A stretch of DNA of 58,021 nucleotides from Anaerolineae bacterium (GTDB taxonomy: Bacteria; Chloroflexota; Anaerolineae; JACIWR01): positions 1 to 58,021 of the forward strand of contig JACIWR010000001.1 of NCBI GenBank assembly GCA_014360845.1. The letters are read 5' to 3'. The notes beneath the pieces are model-generated. The model was not told the DNA's origin, did not search any database, and was given only the letters and a program-made list of their open reading frames with translations. Positions 44,395-53,934 of this stretch are shown in pieces. The position numbers and the translations under genes are program-made. Numbering within the stretch: the stretch's first letter is position 1; each line of letters opens with the position of its first letter.

Positions 44395-44637
44395 CGCGCG
44401 CCTGCTCTGCAAACTCACCCTCGCAGGCGCGCGGCTCGTGTCTAAATCTGCAGCGATATGCATCTACAATGTCTGCCCTTCTCTCTTGAGGTAAACCAAG
44501 TATACCACGTCCGTCCTACGCTGTCAAAAGTTAGGTGCGACGCACTTCTCAACTACGTCGCACCTTTCAGACCCGCAGGAGAAGGTCTGCCCCCTCACCA
44601 CGTAGGGCCCATGGGAAGCCTCCGACGCAGTGTTTCA

Positions 44638-44706
44638 GTCGGGCCCGTGGCCCGACGTGGATGCGGCGGGGCATGGCCCCGCACTGCGCAGGGGCTTGCT
44701 TGTGCA
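44638..44706. repeat. Repeat family R1, copy c
   Basis: gtcgggcccgtggcccgacgtggatgcggcggggcatggccccgc. Confidence 0.7.
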
Positions 44707-44832
44707 CGCGGAATGTTTAACCACTTTTTAACCTTCGTTTACCATCTCCTTTAACCTCTTTCTGATATACTATTTTATGCAAAGCTCTGGTCGCCCGACA
44801 CTTCCGGCCTTTTTCCGGGGGTTGAAGTCATC

Positions 44833-45084
44833 GTGTGCCGATTCCGATCAGCAGTTATCGTCATTTCTTCTATCGCGATGCTATTGGGGGCAGCGGGAAC
44901 CGTGGCTCTCTTGCACATGCTTTCCCGCTACGCCACACAGGCACCCCTCTCTGCCGAGAGAAAGATTTCACTCCTGGTGCCCATCGCCCTGCTTCTGACC
45001 TTCGCTGTACTGAGCACGGTATTGAGCTACCGCCTGCTGCGGTCCATCTTGCGGCGCAATGGTTCACGGGGCAAGGAGGGATAA
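44833..45084 (+). CDS. Possible small 2-TM membrane protein (GTG start)
   Basis: 83-aa ORF with two hydrophobic segments, ending 3 nt before degV. No family recognised, and the start is uncertain. Confidence 0.3.
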   Translation: MCRFRSAVIVISSIAMLLGAAGTVALLHMLSRYATQAPLSAERKISLLVPIALLLTFAVLSTVLSYRLLRSILRRNGSRGKEG

Positions 45085-45087
45085 AGA

Positions 45088-45942
45088 ATGCGCAAGGTCG
45101 CTGTTGTCACCGACTCGGCGGCCAACCTGCCGCCCGAATTGGCCGCACGCTATCACGTGACCGTCGTCCCGGTGCTCCTCTACTGGGATAACCGCGAATA
45201 TCGAGACGGAGTGGACATCTCGCCCACTGAGTTGTACCAGCATCTGCGTCAGGCAAGGGACGGAACGCTGCCCAAAACGTCCACTCCGTCCATCGGCGAT
45301 TTCGTGCGCGCCTACGCCCACGCTGCGCGGGAAGCAGAAGCCGTCGTCTCCATTCACCTCTCCACCGAGCTGAGCGGCATCTATCAAGTGGCTTGTGCGG
45401 CCAGCAAGCTGGTGGATGTTCCGGTACACGTATTCGACTGTCGCAGCGCGGCGATGGGATGCGGCTTCACCGCCCTGGAAGCAGCCCGGGCCGCCGAGGC
45501 CGGGGCCGATGTCGAACAGGTGCTGGCGCGGGCGCGCGAGATCGCCCGGCGCGTTCGTGTATACGCCTTCTTGGATACACTGACCTATCTGCATCGCGGC
45601 GGGCATGTACCGGCCATCGCCTCCATCGCCGGCAGTATGCTCAAAATCTGCCCCATCCTCACCGTCGAGAACGGTCCGGCGCGGCTGGCCGAGCTACCGC
45701 GTACCCGGCGGCGGGCCACAACCCGTCTCCTGGCTCGCATGAAAGAAGACGTGGGAGAGAGGCCGGTACACGTGGCCATCATGCACGCCGACGCGCTAGA
45801 TGAAGCTGAAATTCTACGAGAGGAGGTGGAAACCCATTTCAACTGCCGCGAATTACTCACCACCGAGTTTACACCGGTCATGGGAGCTCACACCGGCCCA
45901 GGAGTGTTAGGAATGGCGTGGTGGAGCGAAAGTGAGGAGTGA
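45088..45942 (+). CDS. DegV-family fatty-acid-binding protein
   Basis: MRKVAVVTDSAANLPPELA..PKTSTPSIGDF, typical of DegV. AGGAGGG SD. Confidence 0.85.
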   Translation: MRKVAVVTDSAANLPPELAARYHVTVVPVLLYWDNREYRDGVDISPTELYQHLRQARDGTLPKTSTPSIGDFVRAYAHAAREAEAVVSIHLSTELSGIYQVACAASKLVDVPVHVFDCRSAAMGCGFTALEAARAAEAGADVEQVLARAREIARRVRVYAFLDTLTYLHRGGHVPAIASIAGSMLKICPILTVENGPARLAELPRTRRRATTRLLARMKEDVGERPVHVAIMHADALDEAEILREEVETHFNCRELLTTEFTPVMGAHTGPGVLGMAWWSESEE

Positions 45943-46536
45943 ATGAAGCACATACTAGCCGACATATTGACCGGACTACGGTTGGTCCTGGTCGCCTTCA
46001 TCGCCTGGATCGCACTGACCTGGGAGCGAGCGACGGGGCACAGCACGGTCGCCCTACTCACCATGCTGGCCTGGACCACCGACGTCCTGGATGGGCCCCT
46101 AGCCCGCCGCGCGGATTCTCCCACCCGCCTGGGTCACTACGACCTGCCCATTGATGTGGGGCTGATGCTGGCTTTGGGGCTCTGTTTGATCGCCTGGGGC
46201 ACACTGTCCCCCCTGGTAGTCGGCAGCACATTGGCCGCCGCCAGCGTGGGTCTGTGGGTATGGCGGGTGCGAGCACCGCTGATCGTGGCCATGGGACTCA
46301 TCTACACTGCCTTTGTCGTCACCGTGTGGCGCGCGGAGCCGCTATGGGGACGGGCGCTGACCGCCTGGGTGACCCTGGATGTGGTCCTGCGTCCCAGCCG
46401 CATCCGCCAGGACGTCACCTGGTTCCTGGGACAGGTAGGCCATGCGTTGAGGTTCCGGCGCGATAAATACCCAGTTCATCCGGTGGAACGCGCCAAGCGC
46501 AAGCACAAGAAATCCTCTCTCAAACGAGATCAGTAG
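45943..46536 (+). CDS. CDP-alcohol phosphatidyltransferase-family membrane protein
   Basis: TDVLDGPLARRADSPTRLGHYDLPIDV approximates the DxxDGxxAR...G...D...D motif. Polytopic. ATG immediately follows the degV stop. Confidence 0.6.
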   Translation: MKHILADILTGLRLVLVAFIAWIALTWERATGHSTVALLTMLAWTTDVLDGPLARRADSPTRLGHYDLPIDVGLMLALGLCLIAWGTLSPLVVGSTLAAASVGLWVWRVRAPLIVAMGLIYTAFVVTVWRAEPLWGRALTAWVTLDVVLRPSRIRQDVTWFLGQVGHALRFRRDKYPVHPVERAKRKHKKSSLKRDQ

Positions 46537-46643
46537 TCTTCATCTCGCTGCCCATCTCTCATCCAGAACAGAACCGCCTGTGCGGTTGGTAGTAGGACCA
46601 CTGCTCGCAGTTGTCCTACCGGCCGCACAGGCAGGAACGAAAA

Positions 46644-47525
46644 ATGAAGACGAAAAAGATTGAGTTCAGGAACAGAGGGGTAACGTTACGGGGGGAATGC
46701 TTTTATCCTAATGGAGCCGCCCAACGGCCCGGGGCGGTGCTGCTGCATGGCTTCGCCTCGGACCGCCGCGAGATGGTCCGTGCGGCCCGTGAATTGGCTG
46801 CGCGCGGCGTGGCGGCACTGATCTTCGACCTGCGGGGGCATGGTCAATCGGGCGGGGTGTACGCTGAGGACCCGGTGGATGACGTGTTGGCTGCCGCCAT
46901 GCTGCTGGCTCACCAATCCCCGGTGGACCCCAAGCGCATCGCCCTGGTCGGACACAGCATCAGCGGTCGGCTGGTGTTGCTGGCGGCTGCGCAAGAGCCC
47001 TCTATTGCCGCCGTGGTCGCCCTGGCCCCGGCCGCTGATGACGCCGGAATGAGGTTGCTGGCCGAGCTGAAGCGCCTGCCACCCCACCTCGCCAATGCAG
47101 TGCACCATTACCCGGACGATGGGCCGTTTCCGGGCATGAAACCGCGCCAGGGGGCGCGGTCCAGAGCCGACATGCAGCGCCTGGGCTATCGTCTGACCGT
47201 GGACTGGGCACGAATGGCCCGCTCCTGGGCGCAACGGCCCCTGGCAGACGTGATGGAGTCCATCGCCCCCACCCCGGTACTGCTGGTGCACTGCTTGTGG
47301 GACAATAAAGTCCCACTGCGCCATACCCTGGGCCTCTATCGCCGGGCCAAAGCGCCGCGCAAGTTAATCCTCTCGCCCTGGGGTGTGCACTCCAGCGCCT
47401 GCCGCTCCTGGCTGGTGCGTCGGCTGTGGATCGCCTGGCTGGTGCGCGAACTGCGGATGCCCGTCAAACGTCCCGCGCTCCAGCCGGCTCACGTCTACGT
47501 GCGACGAAAGGGTGATGGCCAATGA
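46644..47525 (+). CDS. Alpha/beta hydrolase
   Basis: Start at MKTKKIEFRNRG. LLHGFASD, GHSISG elbow. Confidence 0.7.
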   Translation: MKTKKIEFRNRGVTLRGECFYPNGAAQRPGAVLLHGFASDRREMVRAARELAARGVAALIFDLRGHGQSGGVYAEDPVDDVLAAAMLLAHQSPVDPKRIALVGHSISGRLVLLAAAQEPSIAAVVALAPAADDAGMRLLAELKRLPPHLANAVHHYPDDGPFPGMKPRQGARSRADMQRLGYRLTVDWARMARSWAQRPLADVMESIAPTPVLLVHCLWDNKVPLRHTLGLYRRAKAPRKLILSPWGVHSSACRSWLVRRLWIAWLVRELRMPVKRPALQPAHVYVRRKGDGQ

Positions 47526-48196
47526 GGATGGGGGAGTTTCTGCTGTGGATTGCCGCCGGTTATCTGCTGGGCTCGATACCCTTCTCTTACCTCCTGGCGC
47601 GCGCGGTCAAAGGGATTGATCTGCGACAGTACGGCAGCGGCAACGTGGGCGGCTCGAATGTGGGGGTATGGCTGGGTCTCTGGGCGACAGTGGTGGCCGG
47701 ATTAAGCGATGTGCTCAAAGCGGCCATCCCTGTGGGGCTGGCGTTGCGCCTGGGATACGGTCTGCCGGTGGCCCTGGCGACGGGGCTGGCCGCCGTTGTC
47801 GGACACAGTTGGTCCCTTTATCTCGGCTTCAGCGGTGGGCGAGGGCTGTCGGCCTGGTTGGGCACGCTGGCGGTGACTTTTTTCCCCGGCGCGGTGTATT
47901 TTCTGGGCTGGCTGGCGCTGGGTCGCCTGGCACGTATGACGGCGGCGGGCGCGCTGGTGGGCCTGGTCACCCTGCCGGTGTTCGCCTGGTGGATGGGCCG
48001 CCCACCGGCGATGATGGTGGCCTGTGGAGTGGCTCTGGTCATCACTCTGCTCAAGCGACTGGAGGCCAATCGCCTGCCGTTGCCTGTGGAGACCGCGGCG
48101 CGGCGACGGGTGTTGCTGTACCGCTTGCTGCTGGACCGTGACGTCGGTCCCCGTGAGGAATGGACGCGACGCACACCGGCGCATCACGGCCGGTGA
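47522..48196 (+). CDS. plsY: Glycerol-3-phosphate acyltransferase PlsY
   Basis: YLLGSIPFSYLLAR..DLRQYGSGNVGGSNV matches conserved PlsY motifs. ATGA overlap with the upstream gene. Confidence 0.85.
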   Translation: MRMGEFLLWIAAGYLLGSIPFSYLLARAVKGIDLRQYGSGNVGGSNVGVWLGLWATVVAGLSDVLKAAIPVGLALRLGYGLPVALATGLAAVVGHSWSLYLGFSGGRGLSAWLGTLAVTFFPGAVYFLGWLALGRLARMTAAGALVGLVTLPVFAWWMGRPPAMMVACGVALVITLLKRLEANRLPLPVETAARRRVLLYRLLLDRDVGPREEWTRRTPAHHGR

Positions 48197-48369
48197 TCTC
48201 TGGGGTCACCGGAGCAGAGGATGCGCGGGTAAGCTGTCATGGAACCCCCTGCTGCGCAGGGGGGTGTTGTCCCGCAGTTGTACTGCGGGACGGACCTGCC
48301 GCCCGAGACGGAGGGGAGGGCTCTCGGCCTTCCACAACCAGCACCGCCTGTTACACGGCGGTGCGTCCT

Positions 48370-48526
48370 CAGCTGAGCCCAACCCGCCCTACAATCCTAC
48401 TGCGCGCCATCACAACCGAGCGGCGGGTAGGGCTCTCTTTCCCCCCTCGATAGAGCTGGCCCGTCGCTCGAAAGAGTCTCTGCACATCCCCAGCGGACCG
48501 CTTCAGCTGAGCCCAACCCGCCCTAC
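48370..48526. repeat. Two direct copies of cagctgagcccaacccgccctac (48370..48392 and 48504..48526) flanking module gagcggcgggtagggctctct (48417..)
   Basis: The same modules occur in inverse orientation at 11931..12043. Confidence 0.7.
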
Positions 48527-48618
48527 GGTCCTGCACAGGGGAAAGCCCCACAGTTGATTTGCTCACCTGCCCGTAATGTGATAGAATAGGTCAAATGACC
48601 TTACGGGGAGGTGACCTA

Positions 48619-49923
48619 ATGCGCTATTTCTACCCGCAAGAACAACAGGAGCTGTTCACCGACCGCGAGCGGGAGCTGGCCGAGCTGGAATACCGCCGCG
48701 ATCAATTGCACCAGGGCCGTCAGGAACACACCTCGCTGTTCGGACTGCGCCGCATCGGCAAAACGCTGCTGCTCAAAGAACTGGTGCGCCGCACGCTGCT
48801 CAAATACGAGCAAGCCCCTGAGACAGAGGCAGAGGAAGAAAGGGAGACCAGCAGCGAGATCATCCCCGTGTACATGGACTTCAGCCACATCTGTTCGTCA
48901 CCGGAAACCTTCGCCGCCGGTTACGTGGGCTGGATATGCTACTGGTATCTCACGCGAGGGCAGGCGAGCCCGGTCCCGTACCTGGACATCACCTCCCTGA
49001 CTGGCGAGGTCATGCTCTCCGGCAATCGCCAGGTCGCCGGCCCGGTGCGCCGCCTGGCCGAAGCCCTGCGCACAGCCCGCCCCGACCGACCTTCCATCCT
49101 GCGCCTGGCCTTCGAGTTCCCGGAGGAACTGGCCGCCCTGGCCGGCTGTAAATTTATGCTCATCTTCGACGAATTTCAAGAAATCGAGACCCTGAGCAAT
49201 TTCCAGGACAGCCAGAATGTGATCGCCCTCTTCAGAGCGACGATGCAGACCCAGAGCAATAACCTGTACATTCTGGCCGGATCGGCCATCACCGCCATGA
49301 CCGATCTCATCGCCGATCACCGTAGCCCGCTGTTCGTCCATTTCTCGCAGATGCCCATCACCCCCTTCGCCCCGCCGGATACGACCGCCCTGGCAACCAA
49401 GCTCCTGGGCGAGGAGCCCCCGGCGGACGTGACGCAGACCATCCACCGCCTGACAGGAGGACATCCCTTCTACGTCACCGCCCTCTGCGAGCGACTGCGT
49501 CAATTGGTTGAGACCACAGCTCAGCCCCTGGACGCCGACACGGTGCAGCGCGCTTTTATCATCGAAGCTCTCTCGTCCGCAGGACGTATCTACTCCTTCT
49601 GCCGCTATGTGTACGACCTGTCCCTGCAAAAAGCACGGGGTTACGGCTCGCTCAAAGCCACCCTCCAGGTCCTGTCCGCCGAGGAGGGACTGACCTCATC
49701 GCAAGTAGCCCGCGCCCTGCGGGTGACCCCCGGCTCGGCACGGGATTACCTCAAGTGGCTGCAGGATGTGGACCTGGTAGTGGAGCGGGATCGCGCTTAC
49801 TTCTTCCAGGACCCGGTGATGCGCTATTGGATAGCCCATGCGGGGCGGGGGATAGAGGTCAGCCTGACCGCCACCGCCGAGGACCTGGCCGACCTGGTTG
49901 CCGGTTTGGGGCAGTATTTCTGA
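48619..49923 (+). CDS. AAA-type ATPase (archaeal-ATPase/ATPase_2-like) with C-terminal winged-helix
   Basis: Start at MRYFYPQEQQELFTDRERE (GGGGAGGTG SD). Walker A GLRRIGKT, Walker B LIFDEFQE. C-terminal LTSSQVARALRVTPGSARDYLKWL. Confidence 0.7.
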   Translation: MRYFYPQEQQELFTDRERELAELEYRRDQLHQGRQEHTSLFGLRRIGKTLLLKELVRRTLLKYEQAPETEAEEERETSSEIIPVYMDFSHICSSPETFAAGYVGWICYWYLTRGQASPVPYLDITSLTGEVMLSGNRQVAGPVRRLAEALRTARPDRPSILRLAFEFPEELAALAGCKFMLIFDEFQEIETLSNFQDSQNVIALFRATMQTQSNNLYILAGSAITAMTDLIADHRSPLFVHFSQMPITPFAPPDTTALATKLLGEEPPADVTQTIHRLTGGHPFYVTALCERLRQLVETTAQPLDADTVQRAFIIEALSSAGRIYSFCRYVYDLSLQKARGYGSLKATLQVLSAEEGLTSSQVARALRVTPGSARDYLKWLQDVDLVVERDRAYFFQDPVMRYWIAHAGRGIEVSLTATAEDLADLVAGLGQYF

Positions 49924-49932
49924 TCAAATCGA

Positions 49933-49988
49933 GCGAATCTGCAAATCAGCGAAACTGCGAATCAGCGAATCAGCGAATCAGCGAATCT
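49933..49988. repeat. Seven tandem copies of the octamer GCGAATCW (last four nearly perfect)
   Basis: gcgaatct gcaaatca gcgaaact gcgaatca gcgaatca gcgaatca gcgaatct. Ends 52 nt upstream of the lipoprotein ATG. Confidence 0.85.
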
Positions 49989-50040
49989 CAAACGTCTGCT
50001 TTGCCGATTTGCCGACTTGCTGACTCGAGTAGGTGAAAAT

Positions 50041-53000
50041 ATGGCAGACAATACGCGAAGGACCCTTCTACTCCTTCTGCTGGCGGCGCTACTGCTGGCC
50101 TGCGGCAGAATCCTGCCCACCGGCCAGGTCACGCCTATCCCCTCGGTGCCTCCCCTGGCGCTCCCCACTTCCACACCACCTGCGCCCACCCTGCCCCCGC
50201 CATCGCCCACGCCCCCGCCCGATCAAGGACCGCTGCCCCGCCTTCTCGCCGAGCTCGACTTCGGCCTGCTGGCAGGCGACGGGTACAGGCCGCAAGCCAT
50301 AGCCCTGGACGCCGCACAAGGACTGGCCGCCGTGCTGAACCAGTACTACGAGGAAACCCAACACTCGTGTATCTCGATAGTGGATGTATCACGGGGGCAG
50401 GTGCTGGACACGATTCCCCTGCCCTGGTCGGCGCTGGGACCGCTGGCCATCGGCGGAGGTCGCATTTACACCCGCCACGAGGAAAACGGCACCGACCACC
50501 TCTCCGTGGTGGACATCGCCAGTCGCCAGGTGCTGGCCACTGTAGCCACCGCTTTCCTGTACTATGACAATCCGTTGCTGGTGGATGCGGACGCCGGACG
50601 GCTGTACATCGCTTTCGGCGACCATCTGGAGGCGCGTGCCAGCGACGATTTGACCCTGTTGGACACTTTCCCCTTCACCTCCGAATCCACGGACATAGCC
50701 ATGAGCCTGGATGCGAACGCCGACCGCTTATACCTGGTCACAGGCCAGCAGGTCATGGTCATCCGGGCCAGCACGCTGAGACCGCTGGAGACCTTCACTT
50801 ACCCCGACGACGCGCCTCTCAAGGCCTGCTTTTTGGACACCAGCGGCCAGCAGTTGCACATCCAGGGAGCCACCGCCATTCTGACCCTGGACACCAGCAA
50901 CGGGCAGATATTGACCCGCACCACACCCCAAATAGACGACGATTACTGGCGACTGGTAGGAGTAGACAGGGCAGGGCGACCATACCTTCTCTACAACCAG
51001 AAAGCGACGAACTGGCTGGCGGTGCTGGACGCGGTCAGCGGTGAACCCGATGGGCAAATTGCCGCTCGCTACGATGACCACTTCGTGTTGGACGCGGGGA
51101 GGGATACTCTGCTCACGACTCACTACACGAAGCACACCCTTGATTTGCGCCATGCCCCCGCCTTGACCCTGCGTCAGGAAGTCCCTTTGGGTATCGAACT
51201 CCTCGATTTGGCCCTTGATCACGAGGCCGGACGGCTTTATCTCAGCGACAACGCGGGTAGGGTACACGTGCTCAACGCCGCCGACTATAGCGAGATAGCC
51301 AATTTACCCGGTCGGGGCATGCTCACCCTGGACGCGGCCAACCGGCAACTGTACGTGGCCGAGGAATACGGACCGGAGGTAACGGTCATAGACACCGCCT
51401 CGCTGACCATAGTGGGAACCATCCCGGAGGGCGGCTATGTAGCCGTGGACAGCCAGGGAGGGCGGGTGTTCGTCGGGCACCGGATTGATTACAGCGGGCC
51501 GCGTCCCGGTGATCAGGGCGTGCGCGTCTTCGACGTCCATACCCTGCAACAAACGGCCACCCTGCCGCAGTCCGGCATCCCCACCTACAACCCCCTGGCC
51601 GATGAGGTGTACGTCCTCAACTACACGGCCTACATCTTCGACGGGCAGACCTTCAGCCCGCAGGGCGAGCTTACCCCGGACATCGGCGCGCAGGAGCTGA
51701 AATGGTGCAACGGCTGCGACAAAGTAAGCGCCATCCACGTTCATCCCGAGCACAACGTGCTGGTCGTCGAGTTGACCACGCTCTCGGCGGGGAAAGGCGC
51801 TGGTCGCTACCCGCCGCCCCGCTTCTTCGACGCCACCACCCGCGCTCCCCTGGAGGCTCCGGCCCTCACCGTGGAACACACCTGCTGGGACATCCCCGTG
51901 CTCACCGGGCCCATTGACGGACGTCTCTATCAAACCGAGGAGTTCTCGCGCTACGTCTTCTACGATAACCTGATCGTGCGCGATGCCACCACGGGCCAGG
52001 TCGAGACCTGGCTGGACGGCATCAGCGCCGGACTGCTTAATCCTGTCACGCGGCAGGCTTACGTGCCCCGCTGGCCGGAGATTCTGGTGCTGGACCTGAG
52101 TACCCTCACCCCCCTGGGCCACATCGCGCCCTACTGCTTTCACACTCTGGACCCCACCCACGATCGCATGTACGCCATGAGCGGGGCGGTGTTGACTGTG
52201 CTCACCAATCGCGGCGCAGCCCCTACCCCACCACCCCCCGCCGAGCCGGTCTCACAACTGCCATCCATTGATGACATCGTGCTCTCGCCGGATTTCGCCA
52301 CCGATGGCACCATCTTCGTCGCTGGCGGGGGCAGCATCTTCCGCTCCACCGACGGAGGGGCGAGCTGGCAGCAACTCCACGGCGGATTGCCCCTGGGCAG
52401 ATACTACGAGTACTACGCTCCCACCATCAGCCTGGCCCTCTCGCCGAACTTCGCCACGGATCGCACCCTGTTCGCCGGCATATTCGTGGGCGACTCGCTG
52501 GGCTACGGCGTGTACCGCTCCACCGACGCCGGCGATACCTGGCAGCCTGTGTGGCAAGGTCTCACCCATTTGCGGGTGAACCAAGTCACCATCTCCCCGG
52601 ATTTCGCCACGGATCACACGGTGGTGGTCCGCAGTCATTACCAGAACCTCTTGCAATGGACGGGAGGCCAATCCCTGTTCCGCTCCACCGACGGCGGTCA
52701 GACCTGGGAGATGATCGCCAGCGGCACGACCAGCGACGGTAGCGATCTGCCGCCCATCGAAGCGATACTGCCCGCCCTGGATAAGCCGGTGCGCTTCCGC
52801 AGCGGGGGATACGGCCAGACCATCGAGCGCACCGACGACGGCGGACAAACCTGGCAGACGGTGTTCACCCTGCCGCCGGGAGAGTACGCCCTGGAGATCG
52901 TCACCTCGCCCGCTTTCGAGCAGGACCAGACGGTATATGTCTTGTTCTACACCTTCCTGCTGCGCTCTACCGACGGCGGTCAGACCTGGCAATCGTTCCA

Positions 53001-53673
53001 GGACCCGGCCCTGGCCCGCCAGGAGGATACCGACACCTGGCTCACCGCCCTGGCCCTGACCCCGACAGCAAGCGGCGGACACACCCTGTTCCTGGGCCGC
53101 AACGATGGGCAGTTCATCGTGCGCCAGAGTGAAGAGCTGGCCTGGCAACCGGTTACCAGCGCCCCCACGCCAACTCCCCTCCCATCGCCCAGCCCCACGC
53201 TTGTGAGCACACCCTCACCCCCGCCGACGCCCTGCGCGCTGAGTGTGGCGGACATCTTCGCCGCTGGCTACTCTCCTTGCCTGGGCTGTGCCTCCGCCAG
53301 CGCGGCAGAGATCACCCTGGGCGAGCAGGCATTCGAGAGCGGGCGGATGTTCTGGCGGGAGGACCAGCGGGTGATCTACGTGCTGTTCGCCGATGGCACC
53401 TGGCTCAGCTTCCCTGATACCTACAGCGACGCCGAACCGCCCGCCGATCCGACCCTGATCCCGCCACCCGGCCTGCAACAGCCGGTGCGGGGCTTCGGCA
53501 AAGTGTGGCGTGAGCAATTGGGCGGGCCGGAGGCGGCCATCGGCTGGGCACTAGAGGGAGAACGCGGCTATCGGGGCTGGTGGCAACCCTTCGCCGGGGG
53601 ACTGATGCTCACCGGCAGCGACGGCACCGTCTACGCTTTGTGTGCCGAGGGGACGTGGTGGGCAGCGGATTAG
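50041..53673 (+). CDS. Large (1210 aa) lipoprotein: YVTN-like beta-propeller repeats, five BNR/Asp-box repeats, Pro/Thr linkers, C-terminal LGFP-like module
   Basis: Signal peptide with lipobox, MADNTRRTLLLLLLAALLLAC. Recurrent xxRLY(V/I) units. Asp-boxes STDGGASWQ, STDAGDTWQ, STDGGQTWE, TDDGGQTWQ and STDGGQTWQ. C-terminus GFGKVWREQLGGPEAAIGWA..QPFAGGLM. Confidence 0.75.
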   Translation: MADNTRRTLLLLLLAALLLACGRILPTGQVTPIPSVPPLALPTSTPPAPTLPPPSPTPPPDQGPLPRLLAELDFGLLAGDGYRPQAIALDAAQGLAAVLNQYYEETQHSCISIVDVSRGQVLDTIPLPWSALGPLAIGGGRIYTRHEENGTDHLSVVDIASRQVLATVATAFLYYDNPLLVDADAGRLYIAFGDHLEARASDDLTLLDTFPFTSESTDIAMSLDANADRLYLVTGQQVMVIRASTLRPLETFTYPDDAPLKACFLDTSGQQLHIQGATAILTLDTSNGQILTRTTPQIDDDYWRLVGVDRAGRPYLLYNQKATNWLAVLDAVSGEPDGQIAARYDDHFVLDAGRDTLLTTHYTKHTLDLRHAPALTLRQEVPLGIELLDLALDHEAGRLYLSDNAGRVHVLNAADYSEIANLPGRGMLTLDAANRQLYVAEEYGPEVTVIDTASLTIVGTIPEGGYVAVDSQGGRVFVGHRIDYSGPRPGDQGVRVFDVHTLQQTATLPQSGIPTYNPLADEVYVLNYTAYIFDGQTFSPQGELTPDIGAQELKWCNGCDKVSAIHVHPEHNVLVVELTTLSAGKGAGRYPPPRFFDATTRAPLEAPALTVEHTCWDIPVLTGPIDGRLYQTEEFSRYVFYDNLIVRDATTGQVETWLDGISAGLLNPVTRQAYVPRWPEILVLDLSTLTPLGHIAPYCFHTLDPTHDRMYAMSGAVLTVLTNRGAAPTPPPPAEPVSQLPSIDDIVLSPDFATDGTIFVAGGGSIFRSTDGGASWQQLHGGLPLGRYYEYYAPTISLALSPNFATDRTLFAGIFVGDSLGYGVYRSTDAGDTWQPVWQGLTHLRVNQVTISPDFATDHTVVVRSHYQNLLQWTGGQSLFRSTDGGQTWEMIASGTTSDGSDLPPIEAILPALDKPVRFRSGGYGQTIERTDDGGQTWQTVFTLPPGEYALEIVTSPAFEQDQTVYVLFYTFLLRSTDGGQTWQSFQDPALARQEDTDTWLTALALTPTASGGHTLFLGRNDGQFIVRQSEELAWQPVTSAPTPTPLPSPSPTLVSTPSPPPTPCALSVADIFAAGYSPCLGCASASAAEITLGEQAFESGRMFWREDQRVIYVLFADGTWLSFPDTYSDAEPPADPTLIPPPGLQQPVRGFGKVWREQLGGPEAAIGWALEGERGYRGWWQPFAGGLMLTGSDGTVYALCAEGTWWAAD

Positions 53674-53800
53674 GGCAACGGATGGAGGCTAGCGGACAAA
53701 GCGGATGCAGTGCCAACTCTCTCTACTCCCTGCCATTCCATCCGTTCTATCAGTTGCCCCCATCCGCCGACCCTATCCGTTCCATCCGTTTCATCCGCTG
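53664..53800. repeat. Extended imperfect palindrome of GCGGATG/AACGGATGG words and their complements, straddling the stop codon of the lipoprotein gene
   Basis: The left arm contains gcggat, aacggatgg and gcggatg. The right arm contains ccatccgtt (x2) and catccgc (x2). Confidence 0.6.
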
Positions 53801-53803
53801 ACC

Positions 53804-53894
53804 GTATCTTCTCAAAATGTAGGGGCGAACCCTTGCGGTCGCCCAGGCGGGCAGGTGCAAGACCTGCCCCTACCCCAAATTATTGAGAAGATAC
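53804..53894. mobile_element. 91-bp MITE, copy 2, flanked by 8-bp direct repeat CGCTGACC (53796..53803 and 53895..53902)
   Basis: Same sequence as 12087..12177, with a different flanking duplication. Confidence 0.85.
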
Positions 53895-53934
53895 CGCTGA
53901 CCTTATCCATCACCCATTCAAAAAGGAGAAAACA

